DNA from: Amoebidium appalachense
Taxonomy: Eukaryota > Protista > Ichthyosporea
Reading direction: 5' to 3'
NCBI GenBank assembly: GCA_963693365.1
Contig: CAVNZM010000007.1
Location: 4,833,962 to 4,897,961 of the forward strand
DNA: 64,000 nt
Shown: piece by piece, positions 49,647 through 64,000 of the stretch
Layout of the letters: each line of letters starts with the position of its first letter
How positions within the stretch are numbered: position 1 is the first letter of the stretch
Translations under genes and position numbers: made by a program
The notes under the pieces: generated by a model
What the model was told of the DNA's origin: nothing
The model's database searches: none
The model's input: only the letters and a program-made list of their open reading frames with translations

Positions 49647-50273
49647 GGGGGGGGGATCCAGAAGGGGAGGATCCGGAAGGGGGAAAGGGGACGGTCTGCA
49701 CGTAATGCGTGTGTGTGTGCTTGTGGAAATATTTGTTGTCCGAGATGTGCTGAGGCATTTGGTGGCAGGGTAGGTGGATGAGGTTGGGTGTTGTTTTGTG
49801 AGTGTGGGTCAGTGGGTGGCAGGTGGGTGTGTTGGTGAGGGGTTGTAGGGGTGTCGAGGGGGGGTGTTGGTGGGGGTGGGGGTGGTGGTGGTGGTGTGGG
49901 GGGGGGGGGGGGGGGGGGGGGGGGGAGTAAGGGGGGGAGGGGGGGGGGTGCATCTAGATATCTGTGAGAGATGTGTGAGGGCATTTAGTGTCGTGTGCAG
50001 GACTTTGTGTCACTTTTGTGCGTCTATGTGTGCATGTGTGTATGAGGTGGAGTTTGTGTGTGTGTGGGGGGGGAAGGGGCGGGGGGGGGGGGGGGGGGGG
50101 AGGGGATGTTCTTGAATCGCTCTGGTTACTGGCACTGGGTTTAAATAAGTATAGAAGCGGCAATATGAATGAATATCTTTAATGATCTGGTCAATGGACT
50201 AACCAGTCTGCTGCTGCACAAACGTCAACACATGCACACGCGCTCTACACCCTCCCTGATACACAAACAGACG

Positions 50274-50343
<70 letters not shown>

Positions 50344-50466
50344 GACCTGACACCTGCCTCCCAGCTACCCTCCCTCGTCCATCTGACCATCACCCGCTGC
50401 CCCCGACTGTTTGACCAGAGGGCCAGCCTCTTTGGGGAGGAGAGGGCGCATCTGCGGTACAACTAG
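44866..50466 (+). CDS. F-box/leucine-rich-repeat protein; exons 44866-44895, 45726-45972, 46744-47395 (in-frame TAG at 47019-47021), 48217-48678, 49221-49544, 50343-50466
   Basis: F-box [34 protein letters not shown] and LRRs ([60 protein letters not shown]). Junctions are in phase. It may be a pseudogene or use an extra intron. Confidence 0.8.
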
Positions 50467-50583
50467 AGCCGAACTAGAACACACCGTTCTATTATGGTTC
50501 ATGTAACGCGCACTTTAGAAGAGTTTTTTTCTGTGGGTGTATGAATGGGCGGAAAGATGACGTGTTGTTTTTATTTAGTCCCC

Positions 50584-50615
<32 letters not shown>

Positions 50616-51599
50616 ACACACACACACCGAGACACACACCTTGCCAGAGGCTCTTACTCGGACCTTTCAAATGTTTTTTTTTTTTTTAACTGACATTTAG
50701 TTAACTGATAACGCCCAAGGCTTGTGTCTATGTATGTTCGGGCTCATATCGTGTCCTTCCGACTGCTGTGCCACTAGTGATGTTTTTTTTTTTTTAAAAA
50801 AAAAATATCTAGCATGCATATCTGGAACCGCACTTGTGGGTTCGGTCTTTCAATCTTCGGCTAGACTAGGATAGAATGCACGTCGACTTTCACGATACCT
50901 AAAATGGTTAGATATAACAGAGAGTAAATAGGCTTAGTATGCACTGAGACCGATTAGAATGCCATGTATCAGTGGAGCATGCACGGATAGTGTTGTTAAA
51001 AATTACTCGAATTTAATGGTTGGATATTCGAGGTTTTAAAGTGCCGCTGAAGGTGTGCGGCCTGTGAGGCGCACTCATACTGTCACTGACACTATGCATC
51101 ATGATAATAGTAAAAACAAGTTCCATCGAATGCAATTCTTCCGGATCCCCCCTCGGTGTGACGTAAAAGAACAGATAGTGATAACACTGCCATAGAAGTC
51201 TCAGGGTCCCAAGTTGAGTGTGTGGAGAAACCAGAAAAGGTGCACACTCGGCTGCCACCACATGTGGGCTTTTGTTGCCTCTGGCGTGTGTGAACAAAGC
51301 GTTTCTGTCTATATTTGTGGACCGACAAAGCCTTAGAAGGGGGCGAATGGGGTACGGATGACACAGGGAGCCGATGCCCAAGTTAATGGCCTGTGTGCAC
51401 GTGGGCACAGGTGTGAAAACCCGAACGTGGGTGTATCGGTGCTGCTGCAACTTGAATAATTTATGGGCCAGTGTACATGTGTGTATATACCTGCATGTGT
51501 GTCTCTCTCTTAATCTCCCCCTTCCAACCCATCTTCCTCGAGCTCGTTCCTTTCTCTCGGCGTGTACGTTTATGTTACAATGTATGACGGCGCCGCCCG

Positions 51600-51635
<36 letters not shown>

Positions 51636-51736
51636 CGTGCGCGCGCGCGGGCGCGCGTTGTCACAGTGGACGAATGTGTTCCTCTTTGTACATGTGTTGT
51701 GCCGGAGAATGGGAAGAGAGGGGCCGGACGAGGGCA

Positions 51737-51787
<51 letters not shown>

Positions 51788-52228
51788 ATTTCAATTTGGT
51801 TAAGCCCCTAAAAGGCCAACAAGTTTATTGCTATGACCATAGGGTTTTGCTACGGTGACTTAATGAAAAGTAAATCACACTGTGTTAATGTACACACCAA
51901 CGCTTTTACCGCGCCGCTAGTAGTGTCAACATCATTTGTGGTTCAGACGTCGGGCACTCATGCAACAACGTCTAGTCACACCAAATGTGCACGTCGTCAC
52001 TTTTCTATGCCTATGCATGAGTCTATACATCTACACTGCTTATGTATGCATGCATACATCATGTTCGACATGCAAACGTTCATTCCATATTGATTCCGTT
52101 GCTTCGTACGTATTCCAAACCAACCAACACAAAAACTTCATGGTCACGTGCATCTTACGGAAATAGCTTTCAATTCATTCCATTCATTTGGTTAATATGT
52201 GTTAGTATCTAAATCTTTTTGAGCTGTC

Positions 52229-52261
<33 letters not shown>

Positions 52262-52290
52262 ACCCCACCCACACACACACACGCACACGC

Positions 52291-52329
<39 letters not shown>

Positions 52330-52571
52330 CCGACCAAAAACCCACAGTTGAAAAAAAAAACAAAAAAAAAAAGAAACGAAAAAGAAAAAAGAAAGAAGTC
52401 CCTCCCCTCACTGTTCCCCCCCTTCTCCTTTTCTCACACACCCAACTTTTCCAAATCAAAAGCAAACTCTCTCTTTCATACTACGGTAGCGCGAGTCATC
52501 TCACTGCAACCATTGCATCCACATGCCCCCATACCCAAAAAACGATGACTTTATGAGCACATTTTCTATGT

Positions 52572-59522
<6,951 letters not shown>

Positions 59523-60515
59523 GTTGCAAAATGCAGAGTTGGGCTGTGGCTAAATAGCTTAGTGTGATAGATACTTAAATCTGTCTGAAGGATTCGATTC
59601 AGGTAGAGCTTTTCAAATTGCTAGGACGAGATGTTTGTTCAAGATTTCTGTGCGAATTGGAGAGACGGTTTGGGAGCTTGGGAGATGTGGTGTGGGAGAA
59701 TCTTTGGTTATAAAGCTTGTGCATGTGAGTTTGTCTTCGGGTGGTTAGTACGTTGGAGGTGGCAGCAGCTGGGTGTGCCGGCTCTACGGTAATGTAGCTG
59801 TAGTCTACACTTCCAAACTTTACACTTCTTGTTTTGAAACGCATGCGCGAAATGATATGTATGTGATATATTATGCTGTCGTCATGCAAAAACAACTACG
59901 AAAGTATGTAATATTAGAAAAACTTAGTAATGATTGGACTATGATAACAAATAACTAAATATGGTTAGCCAAAATGCCATTTTTGGACGTGGCTCACGGG
60001 CTCAACTTGGAAAAAAATAAAAACTTTCTTGAAAAGAAAGACAAAAGATAGTGACAGCTAGACTCGGGGGAGTTGAAAACACCGTGACCTTAGAAACTTT
60101 CTCGGAAAAGTCAAAAAGGAACTGGAAAAAACAGATAGAGATATAGAGCGCAAAAAAAAGGGGTACTGTAGTTCCGAGCATTGCTGTATGAATCCACCAG
60201 GCTTCGGAGTGCCTTGACTTTCTGAAGATCACAGCATCGATCCGCACTCGGAGTATTTAGCTCTACTAGCTTTCACCGTGCGTGTCACAGGGATTTTCTT
60301 TGGTGCTGACTAAGTTCCTTGAGGGAAAAAGAACTGGGAGATCTGACCAACGTCCTGGGTATTATCTCTGCGTTCACTTGCATTAGAGCGTGCCTAGGAA
60401 CGGACTTTTCTAGAACTCCAGCCACCGGAAGAAAGGGTAGACCTGATTTCATGCTTGTGACACAGACACGTAAAGGCCGTATTATTCAGCCCTAAGTCCT
60501 GAACGTTTGTGAACC

Positions 60516-62417
60516 ATGGCAACCCCCAGTACGCCTAGCGACAAAAATGAAGAGATCAACTCTCGTTCATCGACGCCCCTTGTGGGGCAGCCGTCAGATC
60601 CGCCCATTATCGTCTCACAAACTCGTCTGGTAAGCCCTATTCTATCTTGTTTTCACCGTAAGAGGGCACCTTGGGCCCTCTTGTATAACCCTCTCACACT
60701 TTGCTCCTTCCTGCCCGTGTCCATCCCATCAAGCCCCCTCCCCCCCTCCCCCCTCCCCCCCCTCCCTGTTGTTCTTGTGTACTTCGTCCTTTATGACGCA
60801 TGCAACCCCCTCCCCCCCCCCCCCCCCCCCCCCCTTCCCCCCGGCCCTCTTCTTCCACTGCACTTGCCATCGATCCCGCCCCTAAATGTGTGCGCTGGCT
60901 CCGGCGCACACGGTTGTTTATGAACTTCTATGACTCTTCCACCTCTTTCCTACCTGTCTCACACGCTTTTGGCACTGTTACCTGCAGTCGAACTCGGGTG
61001 CCTGCCTTGTCAATTCTAGTTTTCCAACTTGCCCATAAAAAAACTCTTAAGACCCCTGCCCTGCCCCGAACTATTCCTTGATTGCCACTACAGTTTACTG
61101 TAACAGACCCTCACGGTGCCACTACAGTTTACTGTAACAGACCCACATCTTAACTTTACTACATCTCACGCTGTATAGATCTAGCTTGAATCCCCTCACA
61201 CTCCGACTGCCCTATTCCACACAACCAGTCATTCGTCGCTTAAGCACAGTGATTTACTCATGGCCCGGCTGTTTAGGTCAACACGATGCTGATTGGCCCC
61301 CAACACGTCAACGAACTGGGCATGTGCCGTGGTGGGGAGGTGCTCAGCTGGGTGGACGTAACGGCCGGCCTGGCCTCAAGCAGGGTGGCAAACACTGAGT
61401 ACGCTGTTACCCGCTGAACCTTCTTTTTTTTTTTTCATAGCTTTTTGTTATTATTATTATTGTTGTTGTTGGGGAAGGAGAGAAGATGTGTGTGTGTGTG
61501 TGGGAGGGGGGGGGGGAGGAGGTGACTGGGATGGAGGGAAGGGGGAGGGGGGAGGAGGAGGGGGGTTGATTTTGGGTGGGTGTTCTTGGTGGTATATACA
61601 GTATGTGTGGAGGGATTAGGTAGCTTCCTTCTCTGATTGTGTGGGCATGTGGTAATGGGTGGATTTGGAACCCGGTTAGGAGGGGGCACGGGGGGGAGGG
61701 GGGGAGAGGGGGGGGGGGGGGGGGGAGGGAGGGGGGGGGAGGGGGGGATTAGGACAAGGCAAAGGAGGTTTAAGGAGGTGTGTGTGTGTGTGTGTGCTTT
61801 AGTAGGTGTAAGAATGGGGGGAGGGGGGGGGGCTGGTGTGGAAGATATAGGAAGTCATTTTCTGGGGGGGAAGGAGGGGGGGCCGGGGGGAGGGGGGAGG
61901 GGGAGTAAGAGTAGAAAGAAAGAAGTGAAGAACTTCCGGACTGGTCCTGTCTCAAGGGGGAGGGGAGGAAAGATGCAATTAAAGCACGGACACCGGTTTC
62001 CATTCTTATTATTTTGGGAAGAGGAGAGAAGGAGGTGTGTGGAAGGGAACGGAGGTTAAAACTATTTATTAGTTGTTGGCCCCCGGAGGGGGGGGAGGAG
62101 GAGGGGGTGGGGGGGGGGGCGCAGAGGATCGAACTATTTATTCGTTTCGTTTTGATTCTACTTATTTGTCTTCATGTATTAGTTTTTTGATTGGCTGTTT
62201 TGTTCGTTTCATTAGGTGAGTGGGGGGGGGGGAGACTACTCCTTTAAGGGAACTCTCTGGTGAGGTACCAAGTTCTTTCACAGGATCAACAGCTAGAGAT
62301 TGGCTTGGGTGTACGTTTACCCTTTTTTCTTGGATATCGACCAAACGGTATCAACACTGGATCGACCTCCCTCTCGATGCGTCTAAGACCTATTATATAC
62401 ACATGCACCCGCACGCG

Positions 62418-62500
<83 letters not shown>

Positions 62501-63386
62501 CCTTCCTGCTCAACCCTCCTCTCCCTGCCTCGCCCTTTCCCCCTCCTCTTCCCACCCTCCCTTTCTGGTTCTCCCTCCCTGTCCCCCCCCACCCCCCCTA
62601 CCCCTCTCCCTTTCTTCCCCCCCCTCCCCCTTTCCCCTTTTCCATCTTCAGCTGTGTGACAGCCTCTGTGGATGCCGTGCACTTCCTAAAGCCGTGCTTC
62701 CCGGGGGACATTCTCATCATATCAGGTGTGTGGCCAAGTATCTCATTTGCTTGTGCCGATAAATTACCCCCTCCCCCCCCCCCCCCCCCCCCCCCTCTCC
62801 TCCCCCACCCCCCGCCTCTTCCATCCTCCCTTCCCTTCTCACTCCCTCTTGTCCTCCCTCCCCCCCCCCCCCCACCCTCCCTTCCCCTCTCTTCTTCCCC
62901 CCCCCCCCCCCCCCTCACTTCTCCCCCTACCTCCCGGCATTACTCCGAAACCAGATCTGCCTTGCCTTCTTGCTTACTTTATCGTCCTATGATGCATACA
63001 TCACCGTCCCCTTGCACCCCCTTCCCCTCCCCCTCCCCCCCCCCCCCCCCCCCCCCCATTCCACCCGCGCCCGAAAAAAACCTCCTCCCTCTCGCCCTCT
63101 TTCCCTCCCCCAATCCACCCCCCCTCTTCCTTCTTTTCCCTTGCCTCAACCTCTACCCCATAGCTCTATCTCCCCCCCCCCTCCCCCCCCCTCCCCCCAC
63201 ATTCCAATCACTCTGTGACATTTTGTGTTGGCAGCAATGGTGAACCGAGCGTTCCGCACGAGCATGGAGGTGGGTGTGCGTGTGGAGGGGGTGAGCCTGC
63301 ACACGGGGGAGAGGCGCTACTGCTGTTCGGCATATCTGACATTTGTGGCTTTGGGGCCCAACGGCAAGGGCGTGCCCGTCAGGGAG
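60516..63386 (+). CDS. HotDog-fold acyl-CoA thioesterase (YciA/ACOT7/11/12-like), 5' part; exons 60516-60629, 61277-61398, 62652-62725, 63235-63386; continues beyond the last identified exon
   Basis: Spliced motif IGPQHVNELGMCRGGEVLSWVDVTAGLASSR…CVTASVDAVHFLKP…GDILIISAMVNRAFRTSMEVGVRVE…CSAYLTFVALGPNGK. Divergent from RWDD2 across ~1 kb. Confidence 0.9.
60768..60810 (+). mobile_element. Poly-C-associated dispersed repeat, very short subfamily A copy (thioesterase intron 1)
   Basis: GTTGTTCTTGTGTACTTCGTCCTTTATGACGCATGCAACCCC is the reverse complement of the conserved end of the 53036/36023 copies. C-runs on both sides. Confidence 0.75.
61083..61144. repeat. 28-bp direct duplication TGCCACTACAGTTTACTGTAACAGACCC x2 containing a palindromic core
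   Basis: Visible at 61083 and 61117. Confidence 0.85.
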
Positions 63387-63609
63387 GTAGGTGCGTCCGT
63401 GTGTGTGTGTGTGTGTGTGTGCGTGTGTGTGTGCGTGTGTGTGTGGCATAATGGAGGGGTGGGTGGGTGTAGGTTGTGGGTGGTGATGGCGGTTGGGGGG
63501 AGGGGGGGAGGGCAGGGAGATGGGGAAAGGGTGGAGGGGAGGAGGATGGGGGGGGGGAGGAGTGGAGATGTTTGTGGTTCGGTTGACTGTTTGTTGCGTG
63601 TGTGCACAT

Positions 63610-63704
<95 letters not shown>

Positions 63705-64000
63705 GGGACAGGCCTGTAGTGCGGTGGATGGGTGTGGGTGTGTGTGAGGGGGGGGGGGGGGGAGGGGAATGGGAAGGGGAGGGTGAGGGGATGGGAGGGA
63801 GGGGTGCAATTGGTGGATGTGTGGATGGCATGATGGTTATGTACGAGTATTCCCTCAGGGTTTTTTTATGCTAGGAGCCGAGAATAGTTTGTTCAAATGG
63901 GGGACACGACAGCTGGGGCACTGAGATGTGGCAGGATCCGCCACACACTACAATACCTCTTCCCTCTGACCAATATGTGGGATCATGCATACTAGCGCCG

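Overview
Eukaryotic, intron-rich genomic DNA. Introns and intergenic spacers are packed with (CA/GT)n, (GA)n and poly-C/poly-G tracts, so most ORFs in the supplied track are repeat artefacts. An RVxF+CBM21 PP1 subunit suggests a glycogen-storing lineage such as an opisthokont protist, but the taxon cannot be proven from this window. Manual splicing gives these genes: the 3' end of an unknown gene, CHCHD2/10 (Mix17), an intronless head-to-head IQ-BAG and class-B DnaJ pair sharing a heat-shock-element promoter, a multi-exon Pif1 helicase pseudogene, a PP1 glycogen-targeting subunit, an F-box/LRR gene with an in-frame TAG, RWDD2, and the 5' part of a HotDog acyl-CoA thioesterase. The most unusual signal is a short dispersed element with 8 copies. 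All share one end that abuts a poly-C tract, their other ends vary in length, and all 7 intronic copies lie in the sense orientation of the host gene. Also notable are (CA)n tracts replacing polypyrimidine tracts at 3' splice sites, complementary repeats bracketing some introns, a tRNA-derived SINE-like head and a TIR-bounded MITE. All exon coordinates were read by eye and need RNA-seq confirmation.
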